From positions 1 through 57,398 of IMG/VR virus record IMGVR_UViG_3300048611_000204: DNA of 57,398 nt; one strand, 5' to 3'. Positions 1 through 8,698 of this stretch are shown here, piece by piece. How positions within the stretch are numbered: position 1 is the stretch's first letter; the number at the start of each line of letters is the position of its first letter. The notes below the pieces were generated by a model, which saw only the letters and a program-made list of their open reading frames with translations, was not told the DNA's origin and did not search any database. Both the position numbers and the translations under genes were made by a program. Source of the DNA: a virus. Its lineage: Duplodnaviria > Caudoviricetes.

Positions 1-12
1 GCGCAGGGGTAG
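1..12 (+). repeat. 12-nt terminal direct repeat, left copy
   Basis: GCGCAGGGGTAG at 1-12 equals 57387-57398. Confidence 0.95.
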
Positions 13-176
13 GCAAGGGGTGTGGGGGCCATCGGGCTTGAGGGGCAGCGCAGGAGGCAGTACGGCAGGCGGGGCGGGCTACGCTCAGTGGTCCTGCTCG
101 CGGGGGATAGGAGTCCTTCGATTATGTGGGTTTTCGTTCCTCTGCACACAGGCTGCGGCCTGAGAAAGGTATCATC

Positions 177-341
177 ATGAGAATCTTTATCCTGTTTTAT
201 CATTCCGTACATCGTGATTCCTGTGAGCCGGGGATATTCGGCGTCTACTCAAAAGCGACCACCGCGGTTCTGGACAGGCAGCATCTCGAAAAAGGGGGCT
301 TCGCCTGTTCCATCCAAGAGGTGACAGTGATCAATGATTAA
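177..341 (+). CDS. small hypothetical protein
   Basis: ATG after purine-rich GAAAGG; first gene of the + strand block. Confidence 0.45.
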   Translation: MRIFILFYHSVHRDSCEPGIFGVYSKATTAVLDRQHLEKGGFACSIQEVTVIND

Positions 342-454
342 CCAGGGGGACAGGAGACTCCCGACTGTGTGGGTTTTCGTCTCCGATTCACCTTCCCTTG
401 TCCATCCGGGATAAGGAAGCAACCAGCCTGCGGGCCAACAAAAGGAGTACCATC

Positions 455-784
455 ATGAAAGTAGATCTCTTTGTCAACGCCAGCTTCCCCGAGAAAGATG
501 GAAGTACGACTATCACCGCGCGTTTGCGTAATAACAGCAACGCGAAGTCTTTCAGGTTGCCGAACGCTCCGGGCAACCTGCAGAAGAACGACGGCATCGC
601 GGTCGAGCTCTCGGGGAAACTGGCCGTGGGGGAAAAGTACGTGACCCCCGAGTCGTTCAAGGTCATCGACCACAAACCGGGCGCCTACATCCCGGCCGCC
701 GTGGAGATGAACACCGACGAGTACCTGGCTTCGCTTGAGGAGGTGCCGTACCACGACGACGCCGACGCTTGCCCTCCGTTCTAG
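455..784 (+). CDS. hypothetical protein with acidic SSB-like C-terminal tail
   Basis: AAGGAG RBS before ATG 455; ends HDDADACPPF. Confidence 0.65.
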   Translation: MKVDLFVNASFPEKDGSTTITARLRNNSNAKSFRLPNAPGNLQKNDGIAVELSGKLAVGEKYVTPESFKVIDHKPGAYIPAAVEMNTDEYLASLEEVPYHDDADACPPF

Positions 785-879
785 GACGTGGAAGCACTCG
801 TAATCCTCGCGTTCCTGGCTGTCGTCCTCTGGGCGGCAGTCAGGGGCAGAAAATAACCGTGACTCTCAAAGGGGCAAAC

Positions 880-1026
880 ATGAAATACATGCAGCCACCA
901 AACAACAAGACTATTCATTATCTCACCGACGCGGAAGCTGAAGCGAAACTCGAACAGGGTTGGACGCGCCTCTTCGGGAAGAAGCTCGACAGCTACATGT
1001 ACCGGCTGCGGAGGGCACAGCGATGA
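880..1026 (+). CDS. small hypothetical protein
   Basis: AGGGG RBS-like sequence before ATG 880. Confidence 0.45.
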   Translation: MKYMQPPNNKTIHYLTDAEAEAKLEQGWTRLFGKKLDSYMYRLRRAQR

Positions 1027-1141
1027 GTAACCTGCCACCCTTCAAGGAAAACTGGGAAGAGTACCTGATCAACGGCCTGCTCTTCCTACTCGTCCTCTTC
1101 TCGCTCGGCCTCTGTTACTTCCTGGCCAGCTTCATCTGACC

Positions 1142-1588
1142 TTAAGAGCCGGCGCCTGCATGGGCCGGCTCTGTTTTCTTTTCGGGCCGCGGACGCTGAG
1201 CTTCATCCATTGACACACCCTGAGCTTCATCCGTTGACCGATGCAGGATCATCCGCAGGCAGGCGGCCTTGTCTCTGATCTGAGCCAGAGTCTCTTCCGC
1301 TTCCCTGATCTGCACCTCGACGTCCCCTTCCAGCGCGAAGCGGCCCGCCTGACTCAGATGATAGGGGTTGACGCACAGCGACTCCCCACAGACGTGGCTC
1401 ACCCGCTGCGTCTTCAGCAGACCGCCGGCGAACATCGCATAGACGACCCTGACCACCGAGATGCATCTGCCATCCACCGTAATATACCCACTCCCATTGT
1501 TGTGTGACCCTCGCCACAGCCAGCAATCCTCTATTCCTTTCACCGCGATCCGCTTCACCAACGCAATCATCCTCCGCTCGCTCAACAT
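1142..1588 (-). CDS. HNH endonuclease-like protein
   Basis: CWLWRG...GY...SHVCGESLCVNPYHL, typical of phage HNH homing nucleases; GAGGAGAGG upstream. Confidence 0.75.
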   Translation of the reverse strand: MLSERRMIALVKRIAVKGIEDCWLWRGSHNNGSGYITVDGRCISVVRVVYAMFAGGLLKTQRVSHVCGESLCVNPYHLSQAGRFALEGDVEVQIREAEETLAQIRDKAACLRMILHRSTDEAQGVSMDEAQRPRPEKKTEPAHAGAGS

Positions 1589-2173
1589 AACCTCTCCTCG
1601 AAAATGTATTTCCGACAGCTATTCGCATATAAGGCATGATATACCCCGCGAATAGATGATTTCACAAGGGTAATTTCAGGTCGATTTCGTCCATTTCGGG
1701 GCGGAATCGGTCGAAAAGAGACTCCCGGAAGGTGGCACATGAGCCTGGTGAGAGTGAATTGAGAGCGAATCGGGGATGAATCGAGGATGAATTGAGGACG
1801 TCCTGGGGCTGCACAGGAACCAGTGAAGAACACGCGGAGAGGCCGCACATGAGCCTGCTAAGTGCCTGATTGGGTGCCTGGTTGGGTTATTATTGAGTAC
1901 CTAGTTGAATTGTTGTTGGATAGGCGCCCTGCTGAAGAGGTGGAGAAAAGCTGATGGTTGCGGGGTGATGAATGCAGGGCTGAACTGTCTTTGCTGTATG
2001 GGGGAAACGAATTCTTTTTAGCGGTCTTTTCTACCTTTATAGAGGGGCATGGGCAGGCAAGCGGGCTGGGTTGGGGTGGAGAACTGTGCTTAGCGGTCGA
2101 GTAAGGGGGGCGTAAAAGCGGGCGAATAGGCGTCAGCGCGCTTCGACTTGACACTTAAGAGGAGGTTTCCACC

Positions 2174-2398
2174 ATGAAACACAAGCTTTACGGCGTCGAC
2201 GTTCCCTGTTATTGCACGGAAGATGATCGTTGTGTGGTCTGTGAGGGCGGGTTGGCCGACTGCTCGGTATGCGGCGGGGCTGAGTCCAGTCTACCTGCCG
2301 ACTGCCCGGGGAAGAGAATGAGCGGCGAAACTATGGATCTGGTCGCCGCCGGGGAACTCGACTACAAAGACGGCGAGTGGATCAATCTCATTTCTTAA
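2174..2398 (+). CDS. Cys-rich hypothetical protein
   Basis: GAGGAGG RBS; CxxC pairs. Confidence 0.75.
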   Translation: MKHKLYGVDVPCYCTEDDRCVVCEGGLADCSVCGGAESSLPADCPGKRMSGETMDLVAAGELDYKDGEWINLIS

Positions 2399-2733
2399 AC
2401 CTTCAACAGCAAGCGGGCCGGGTTTGTGTGGGTGTTCGTTCTCCCCGCCGGTCTACCTCTTTCCACCTTCTCCGAAATAGGCATTGAGAACCGGCTGCAA
2501 AAATCGGCCGGTATAAGGTAGTGCCCACGACCTTTGGAGACACGCCGTCAGGAGGCGCCTATGTGTCTGTACGATCGCTGCAAGGAAGCTATGGCTGAAG
2601 CGGCCAGGCAGGACGCGAACAGGCGCCTCCTGCACTCGCTCAAACGAAAAGAGAAAATGACCAGTCTGAAGAGAATATTGACCATCTGGAGTAATTCCTG
2701 CCAATCCTTCAACTACGTGGAAAGGAAACCAAA

Positions 2734-2934
2734 ATGAACAAAATTCTCGGCGCGAGGATAAAATTCAGCCGCAAGAGAAACCGCCTGACGCTCTCTGAGG
2801 TGGCCAAACATCTCAAAGTGACACCCTCATACCTTCGCGTCGTAGAAAGCGGCGGAGAAGCGACCTCAGAAGCTTTTCGAGCCAAGTACGCGCGCGCCCT
2901 TGAACAGATTACTTATGAAAGGAATGAGCAATGA
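2734..2934 (+). CDS. XRE-family helix-turn-helix protein
   Basis: LGARIK..RK..RLTLSEVAKHLKVTPSYL..VESG. Confidence 0.8.
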   Translation: MNKILGARIKFSRKRNRLTLSEVAKHLKVTPSYLRVVESGGEATSEAFRAKYARALEQITYERNEQ

Positions 2935-3128
2935 ACGTCATCCAGGCGCTGATCGCCCTTGAACGGGGTTATAAAATTTCACATCGATCCTTCACCAACA
3001 AGGAGTGGGTCAGAAAGTTCGGCGAGCGGTATCTGTTCGAAGATGATACCACCTGCACCCCCTGCGGCTTCTGGAGCGACCGCTGCGACGACTGCTGGCT
3101 GCAAAACTGGGGTATTTATGGAGACTGA
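2931..3128 (+). CDS. hypothetical protein, weak DUF2829/Tad2-like pattern
   Basis: ATGA overlap with previous gene; MNVIQALIALERGYKISH...W..NW. Confidence 0.6.
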   Translation: MNVIQALIALERGYKISHRSFTNKEWVRKFGERYLFEDDTTCTPCGFWSDRCDDCWLQNWGIYGD

Positions 3129-3414
3129 TCTGGCCTTGGCGATCTGGGCGGCTTATCAGAAGGCGGAGCAACACTTTTACAACCACTGCGCTGTCGCTTA
3201 TTAAACCGGCTTCGGCTATTCTGTGGGCTGTTCAATAACCCACGCTTCTACCCGGGAGGTGTCCTATGCGCCGCAGTTAAAGCCTGCCCTAATAGATCGT
3301 CCACAGCTTTTTTAGCGGCTTGGCGGGGCTGTCCCGCCCGGTCCAAAGGTACAACATTTGGTGCTACGGACGATCTTGACGGAGAGCCTTTAACCCCAAC
3401 CAAGGAGGAAACAC

Positions 3415-3879
3415 ATGCAGACACAACTTGAAGAGTCTAATTTGTCAGCTTTCGACGCAATCATGGAATCAATTGTCAAGGACCCGGAGCAACTGAGCAA
3501 GGTATGCGCGCCGGTGACCGATCTGGAAGCCGCCTGGCCGATCGCCGAACAGCTGCTCACCACCTGCTTAATGCTGGACAGCGGCGAGAAGATGAGCTGC
3601 GTCGGAATCGCAGCCAATCAGATCGGCTTTCAGGAGCGGATCATTATGATCAAGGTCAAGGGCAATTACAAAGCCTATATCAACCCGCGGCTGATCGGCG
3701 GCGTGCAACCGGTCACCAGCCAGGAAGGGTGTTACTCCCAACCCGGCAAGATTACTCGCGTCAAGCGGCTGCGCAAAATCACCGTCGAGGCGGACAACAC
3801 CAGACGCCACCAGTTGACCGGGCTGACCGCCAGGGCCTTCCAACACGAGCTTGACCATCTGAACGGTATTCTGATCTAA
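3415..3879 (+). CDS. def: peptide deformylase
   Basis: All three PDF motifs: VGIAANQIG, EGCYS, QHELDHLNG; AGGAGG RBS. Confidence 0.93.
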   Translation: MQTQLEESNLSAFDAIMESIVKDPEQLSKVCAPVTDLEAAWPIAEQLLTTCLMLDSGEKMSCVGIAANQIGFQERIIMIKVKGNYKAYINPRLIGGVQPVTSQEGCYSQPGKITRVKRLRKITVEADNTRRHQLTGLTARAFQHELDHLNGILI

Positions 3880-3904
3880 TCATAAAACTAATCGATTCAC
3901 CACG

Positions 3905-3933
3905 AGCCCCACCGACTACTGGTGGGGCTTTTT
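3905..3933 (+). terminator. intrinsic terminator
   Basis: AGCCCCACC/GGTGGGGCT stem followed by T-run, downstream of def. Confidence 0.75.
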
Positions 3934-3950
3934 ACTTTCAAGGAGGAAGT

Positions 3951-4136
3951 ATGAATCTATCGTCACTCACTATTAAACCCTTTCTGGTCGAGATGACGTG
4001 TCTCAAATGTGGGGAGAAGTTGCAACACACCACAGCGGACCGAGAGGATGAATTGCTGATCAAAATCCTGCCCTGTGACAGCTGTATGAACGACAACTGG
4101 CAGCAGGGTTATGACAAGGAGGAAAGGGAAAAATAA
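3951..4136 (+). CDS. small Zn-ribbon-like protein
   Basis: AGGAGG RBS; CLKC...CDSC. Confidence 0.7.
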   Translation: MNLSSLTIKPFLVEMTCLKCGEKLQHTTADREDELLIKILPCDSCMNDNWQQGYDKEEREK

Positions 4137-4507
4137 TGGACACAAACAAGCAGTTCGATATGTGCCCGGAGCTTGACGAACAGGGTAAACTTGAAGCGCA
4201 AAAACTAATCGATCGCTTCAAGGAAAAAATGTTGGAAACCGCAGAAGACGTCCTTGGAAACCTCTACTGCGACGTTGCCGTTCATATCGAAACGGATAGC
4301 TGGACCAACTACCGGAATAAGATGATGGACGGCCTGATGGACTACGGCAATCAAGCCCTGCTAAAAAGGAAGCTTTACAAAAAGTTGAGGGAGAAACTTC
4401 TGCACGACTACGCCCCGCAGATTATCGACGATATCAACAAGGATCTGCTCGATGAAATCGCGGAGCTGAAGCGGCAAATAGAATCTCTGCAACGCAACTA
4501 CTTCTAA
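4136..4507 (+). CDS. hypothetical protein
   Basis: Start overlaps upstream stop; 123-aa ORF. Confidence 0.75.
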   Translation: MDTNKQFDMCPELDEQGKLEAQKLIDRFKEKMLETAEDVLGNLYCDVAVHIETDSWTNYRNKMMDGLMDYGNQALLKRKLYKKLREKLLHDYAPQIIDDINKDLLDEIAELKRQIESLQRNYF

Positions 4508-4611
4508 ACAGCTTAAGCCTCGATCCCTGGCTGCCTCTTCGGAGGCGGTCAGTATTGGATGCTTAACCAGCGGGCTTTGCCCGGATACCCTTATAAGGAG
4601 GATAAAATAAA

Positions 4612-5070
4612 ATGAAATTACCACCAATTTTCAAACCTTTTGAAGACTGCACACGTAAGCATGTGTCGATCGTAACTTGGAACATCAGTGCACCGGAAAA
4701 TATGCAAGAGATTATCGTCCACCTCGAAAAAGCCAGGAGCGTCTCTCTTTACGTCGGCTACTCGAAAACCACACACAATTTAGAGCTTCTGCTAAAGCTG
4801 ATGCTTCAATATCGCCGAATTGGTTGTGAGGTTTATGGCATACCAAACTGCCATGCCAAATTCTGGAAAGTCGGTCATAAACTTTGGATCGGCTCCGCGA
4901 ACTTCTGCGCGCCGTCATTGACAAATATTATGGTGGAAACCAAGAGTATGGAAGCCAATGATTTGTTCTACACAATCGTTGAACGGGCGCAGAATATCAA
5001 CGAAACAACCAAGCTAAAGCTATTGCGTCAGATTTATACCAAAGAAGAGCTTTTTCACTGCATTTTCTAG
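4612..5070 (+). CDS. phospholipase D-superfamily (HKD-like) protein
   Basis: CHAKFW...WIGSANF matches HxK...GSxN; AGGAGG RBS. Confidence 0.7.
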   Translation: MKLPPIFKPFEDCTRKHVSIVTWNISAPENMQEIIVHLEKARSVSLYVGYSKTTHNLELLLKLMLQYRRIGCEVYGIPNCHAKFWKVGHKLWIGSANFCAPSLTNIMVETKSMEANDLFYTIVERAQNINETTKLKLLRQIYTKEELFHCIF

Positions 5071-5083
5071 AGGGGGATTACCC

Positions 5084-5644
5084 ATGCTTTCGATTATTGG
5101 CAGAATCAGGAAAAGCCTGGCGGGCGGCGCGTTGCGGGAAAAGCCACCCGACAAAACAAGAGAGATCAAAACCATCAGCGATCTGGTGCAAACCCGGGAA
5201 GATGTCTTCCCGGGGTTTGGCGTCTCCGATTTACAAGAGGGTTCTTTGCGGCCCCACTACAACTTCCGCTTCAGGTCTGTTCCGCGGCGCAGCAAGCTGC
5301 CCCTTGAACCTCCAAGGACGATCGAAAACCCGCTGAAACCGGTCGGCCCGACCCTGTTCCTGAGTGTACAAGCGGTCTGGGAATATTACCGGGAAATCGA
5401 CAAGGCGGATCAGGCCCTACTTGAACTGCCCTTCACCGATCAGGGCGTCGGCAAATTCGTCGAGCCGCTGTTTGATGTCGTCGAAGATTATTACCCGCTG
5501 TTCGACTCACCCTTCAATCACCACCGCTACCTGGTCGGCAGGGAAAACATCAAATTTCTCGACTACCTGAAGAAATACAAAGGGAAGTCTCCTTTTTACA
5601 GCCTGCCGATCGTCGGCAAGGGCGCATCGATACTGGAGGACTGA
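5084..5644 (+). CDS. hypothetical protein
   Basis: 186-aa ORF with GAGGGGG RBS. Confidence 0.7.
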   Translation: MLSIIGRIRKSLAGGALREKPPDKTREIKTISDLVQTREDVFPGFGVSDLQEGSLRPHYNFRFRSVPRRSKLPLEPPRTIENPLKPVGPTLFLSVQAVWEYYREIDKADQALLELPFTDQGVGKFVEPLFDVVEDYYPLFDSPFNHHRYLVGRENIKFLDYLKKYKGKSPFYSLPIVGKGASILED

Positions 5645-5645
5645 G

Positions 5646-5897
5646 ATGCTGACACGAAAAGAATTGACCGCCATGAAACACAAACTGGAACGCGGCACGT
5701 TGCGGATGGCAGAAATTGTCAACCCCGAAGAGCTCGTTTGGCTGATCGAACAGGCCGAGAAAGAGGTTTTTGAACTCTGCCTCTGCGAGTCGCAACAGCT
5801 GTTCTTGCGGGAACACCGGCTCTACCGGTTCACCGCGGAACCCAGCTGTAAAAGCTGTCAGAAAATCAAAGCGATCTACCACGAGGAGGAAAAATGA
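5646..5897 (+). CDS. hypothetical protein
   Basis: GGAGGA RBS; tightly packed. Confidence 0.7.
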   Translation: MLTRKELTAMKHKLERGTLRMAEIVNPEELVWLIEQAEKEVFELCLCESQQLFLREHRLYRFTAEPSCKSCQKIKAIYHEEEK

Positions 5898-6127
5898 AAA
5901 GAAAATATTCTCAACCGGGAAAACCCCTGGGCAAGACCGCGGCAAAGGAAAAGCTTCTGATGCGGCACAAGTCCGGAGCGTCAAGCTCGCTGATCTTCAA
6001 AAACTACTCTGGACAAAAACCCTTTCACGGAGTGTCGCCCCCCGCGCGGGGGCGTGGATTGAAACTGCGGCGCACAGCGTCCGCAACAACGGGAGTTAGT
6101 CGCCCCCCGCGCGGGGGCGTGGATTGA
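5894..6127 (+). CDS. basic hypothetical protein whose 3' end runs into the CRISPR mini-array
   Basis: GAGGAGG RBS and ATGA overlap; stop is the TGA inside the second repeat. Confidence 0.5.
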   Translation: MKRKYSQPGKPLGKTAAKEKLLMRHKSGASSSLIFKNYSGQKPFHGVSPPARGRGLKLRRTASATTGVSRPPRGGVD

Positions 6128-6130
6128 AAC
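6034..6130 (+). CRISPR. CRISPR mini-array: 2 identical 32-nt type I-C-like repeats and one 33-nt spacer
   Basis: GTCGCCCCCCGCGCGGGGGCGTGGATTGAAAC at 6034-6065 and 6099-6130; spacer TGCGGCGCACAGCGTCCGCAACAACGGGAGTTA; hairpin plus ATTGAAAC end typical of I-C. Confidence 0.92.
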
Positions 6131-6162
6131 ATTAAATTGTTGGGCAGCGCGGAGATAAAACG

Positions 6163-6480
6163 ATGCGAAACAAAACCGATAAATGCCGTTATTTTACCGG
6201 GATACAAAACAAAACATGTGAGATCGGGATCGAATACCCAGTAAGCGATCTGCCTTGCCTCGGAGATCACCAAACTTGTGATAAGCACGAACCATTTTCG
6301 GCGGAAGAATTGGCCGCAAAGAAGGTGGCAATGGATCGACACATGGACTTGATGAGGCGCGGCTTGTCTGGTTGTTGTGAGGCGGAATTTAACACCAACC
6401 AAGTGCTGACCAGCGGGAAGTACAAAGGTCACGGCCCGCGTTTTTGTTCAAAATGTGGGAAGCTGGCATTCATGGTTTAG
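6163..6480 (+). CDS. Cys-rich hypothetical protein (cassette gene)
   Basis: GGAG RBS; bounded by GTTGGGC (6139-6145) and GCCCAAC (6483-6489). Confidence 0.75.
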   Translation: MRNKTDKCRYFTGIQNKTCEIGIEYPVSDLPCLGDHQTCDKHEPFSAEELAAKKVAMDRHMDLMRRGLSGCCEAEFNTNQVLTSGKYKGHGPRFCSKCGKLAFMV

Positions 6481-6482
6481 CA

Positions 6483-6504
6483 GCCCAACACCTTGGGTAA
6501 CTGG
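6483..6504 (-). other. attC-like half site (L'-R' part only)
   Basis: Minus strand CCAGTTACC-CAAGGT-GTTGGGC; partner arm absent. Confidence 0.55.
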
Positions 6505-6554
6505 GCGGGGAGACTGGCGAGAGGTGGCAGGCGGCTATGGAGTTTCACCGAGCC

Positions 6555-6622
6555 GATTAACGATCAAGGTAAGCGGTGAGGCGCGGCCTTTCGCGCCGAT
6601 CCGCTTGACCGCCTGGTTAGGG
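6555..6622 (-). other. integron attC-like site A
   Basis: Minus strand CCCTAAC-CAGGC-GGTCAAGCGG...CCGCTTACC-TTGATC-GTTAATC: 5/6-nt spacers, extra C in L''. Confidence 0.85.
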
Positions 6623-6710
6623 TGATTTTGCACCTCAGAAAAAAACACACATTGCGTATATAATTAGAATCAAGAAGAGGACAAAACAACCCGAACCAAG
6701 GAGAAAGACA

Positions 6711-6932
6711 ATGATCAAAGCATATGCAAGAGAAACCGGGGAACAATATCCACTGTGCAGCCTGTTGGGGGAGCCCGACCATGATGGACTCAGCACCGTA
6801 GCTCCGAAATGCCGAGAGGGGAATGTGGTTTGGGTAGCGGGCGAGCGATGCGTGGTGTATGTGTCTGACCAGGGTAAGGAATATTTGGTCCCGACCACAA
6901 TGGATGGCTCCTTTTATTTGGTCGAAGCATGA
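6711..6932 (+). CDS. hypothetical protein
   Basis: AAGGAG RBS. Confidence 0.7.
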   Translation: MIKAYARETGEQYPLCSLLGEPDHDGLSTVAPKCREGNVVWVAGERCVVYVSDQGKEYLVPTTMDGSFYLVEA

Positions 6933-7184
6933 CCGGCGAAGAGCAAGCGGAGCTTGGCGGCCAACGCTCGTATGTGGGCCATGTTGTCGGACATATCGCG
7001 TCAGATTGATTGGCATGGGCAACGGCTCACCCCGGAGGATTGGAAGATCATGTTTACCACATCCCTCAAACAACAAAGGGTAGTTCCGGGTTTGGAGGGT
7101 AGCGGCTTCGTCGTTTTGGGCGCTTCAACGTCCAAGATGAGTGTTGCGGAGTTGTCACTAAAACAAAAAAGGAGGATAAAATGA
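6933..7184 (+). pseudogene. NinB-family recombination protein fragment
   Basis: RSLAANARMWAMLSDISRQIDWHG..L...DWK..F...VVPGLEG.GFVVLGASTSKMSVAELS; both termini missing. Confidence 0.75.
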
Positions 7185-7390
7185 AGTGCGAAAACTGCGG
7201 CCATGAATGTTATAGGGACGAGGTTCACGTTGGAGTTGGGGTTGTTTCCGGCCCATGGGGGTGTCCTTGCGGATGGAGCGAGGATGATAGATACAATCTT
7301 CTGGATGGACCCAAGAAAACAGCGGAGGGTGGGACCATAGATCAGTATGGCGGGGTTATCCCGAATCGCGACAATGGAGGCATGAAATGA
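7181..7390 (+). CDS. small Cys-rich hypothetical protein
   Basis: AGGAGG RBS; CENC...CPCGW. Confidence 0.7.
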   Translation: MKCENCGHECYRDEVHVGVGVVSGPWGCPCGWSEDDRYNLLDGPKKTAEGGTIDQYGGVIPNRDNGGMK

Positions 7391-7565
7391 AAGAGCTATT
7401 TTGGAGGACGATCTTTCGAAGCACCCCTGCCAAGTGGATATGCTGCGGTTGCAATGGATGGGACACCCGGCGCGGAGCCGGCCATTGAGTACCACCGAAC
7501 CTATCGAGAAACACGGACGCCGAAGGCGTCCCTTGCAGCGCCTTGTTATGGCGCGGGAGACGGAG

Positions 7566-7802
7566 ATGGATAGGACGAAAAATCCAGACATTGAAGCTGG
7601 GTATAAATTTGCATCAGCCGCGATAGAGTCGTTGTGTAAAACGGGGATAGGCGAAGATCCCCTTCTTTTTTACGCATCCATGATTGGCACCCATTTGGGC
7701 AATATTGCGGCCCATATCGGCAAGGCTGCCACGTTGGGGATGATTGATTGTTTGCGGGAGCAAGTGGCGGCAACCCTGCCAGATAAAGGCAAGATGCAGT
7801 AG
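7566..7802 (+). CDS. hypothetical protein
   Basis: GGAG upstream of ATG 7566; ends just before attC-like site B. Confidence 0.5.
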   Translation: MDRTKNPDIEAGYKFASAAIESLCKTGIGEDPLLFYASMIGTHLGNIAAHIGKAATLGMIDCLREQVAATLPDKGKMQ

Positions 7803-7804
7803 CA

Positions 7805-7892
7805 CCATAACGGTAGATTTAAGCGGCGGCGGAGTACTGTTCGCCTGGATCGCTGCTGCATCTTCCGTCCGGCTTCAAATCGTTGGTTATGT
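7805..7892 (-). other. integron attC-like site B
   Basis: Minus strand ACATAAC...TTTGAAGC...GCTTAAA-TCTACC-GTTATGG; imperfect palindrome with one extra base in the left arm. Confidence 0.75.
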
Positions 7893-7908
7893 GCTCATTG
7901 GAGGTGAT

Positions 7909-8073
7909 ATGCTCTATACCGCTGGGAAAGATGAACATTGCCCTGACTGCAATGAGGTTGTGTGCAGGTGCGAAGAATCCCCTGACCCTATCGCTGAAAT
8001 TGACAGAACACTGTCGAAGAAAACAAAACGTCGTCGAGGGCAACGAAGAGCGTCTAATTTATTTTTCACATAA
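7909..8073 (+). CDS. small hypothetical protein (cassette gene)
   Basis: GGAGGTG RBS; stop TAA lies in the ACATAAC core. Confidence 0.65.
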   Translation: MLYTAGKDEHCPDCNEVVCRCEESPDPIAEIDRTLSKKTKRRRGQRRASNLFFT

Positions 8074-8127
8074 CGATGAAGGTAAGCGGCGGACGGTTTA
8101 CCCGTCCGCTTGACCGCTGGGTTCGTT
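8068..8127 (-). other. integron attC-like site C
   Basis: Minus strand AACGAAC-CCAGC-GGTCAAGCGG...CCGCTTACC-TTCATC-GTTATGT; same arms as site A. Confidence 0.85.
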
Positions 8128-8175
8128 TACACCAACAACCCCACGAGCCCGCGCTTTTACTGACTTGGAGGAACA

Positions 8176-8334
8176 ATGAGAGAAATTGCAATCGGTGACA
8201 TTCACGGCTGCGTTCACACGCTTCGCCAGATGATCGAGCAGATTTCCCCGGTACAAGACGACCGCCTTATTTTTCTCGGGGACTATGTAGATCGGGGTTT
8301 TTATTCTGCCCAGGTGATAGAAGAACTACTGTAA
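8176..8334 (+). pseudogene. Ser/Thr phosphatase (metallophosphoesterase) N-terminal fragment
   Basis: 52 aa with GDIHG and GDYVDRG motifs; stops before the GNHE motif. Confidence 0.8.
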
Positions 8335-8639
8335 TGAGAATTTACATTGCTGGCCCTATGTCTGGATTGCCGGAATACAACTACCCGGCGTTTAATTCTG
8401 CTGCCGAGGAACTGCGGCGACAGGGACACGAGGTCGAGAACCCGGCAGAGAACCCGGAACCACCATGTAAAAGTTGGGCAGGCTATATGCGGATGGCCGT
8501 AGCTCAACTGGTTCGGTGTGAGGTTGTGGCGTTGCTGCCTGGGTGGGAAACATCGAAAGGTGCCAGCGTGGAACACCGACTGGCGCACGATCTCGGGCTG
8601 AAAGTGCTGCCGGTTTCCGCATTAGGTATTGCGGCTTAA
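8334..8639 (+). CDS. DUF4406 (nucleoside deoxyribosyltransferase-like) protein
   Basis: IYIAGPMSGLPEYNYPAF...NPAE...LPGWETSKGA..E. Confidence 0.85.
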   Translation: MRIYIAGPMSGLPEYNYPAFNSAAEELRRQGHEVENPAENPEPPCKSWAGYMRMAVAQLVRCEVVALLPGWETSKGASVEHRLAHDLGLKVLPVSALGIAA

Positions 8640-8698
8640 CGACTGAGGTCAAGGGCTCGGCGCAGTTTGCCGAGTCCGCTTGCAGCGATTGGTTATAT
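8634..8698 (-). other. integron attC-like site D
   Basis: Minus strand ATATAAC-CAATC-GCTGCAAG...CTCGGC/GCCGAG...CTTGACC-TCAGTC-GTTAAGC. Confidence 0.75.

Noticed and set aside
1590-2160. ORFs 1582-1848, 1662-1850 and 1858-2154
   Set aside because: Low-complexity Ser/Pro-rich translations without an RBS; probably non-coding
6555-8698. attC-like palindromes as simple terminators or REP elements
   Set aside because: No U-tracts; they have conserved AAC/GTT cores, fixed spacers, an asymmetric extra base and cross-site complementary ends
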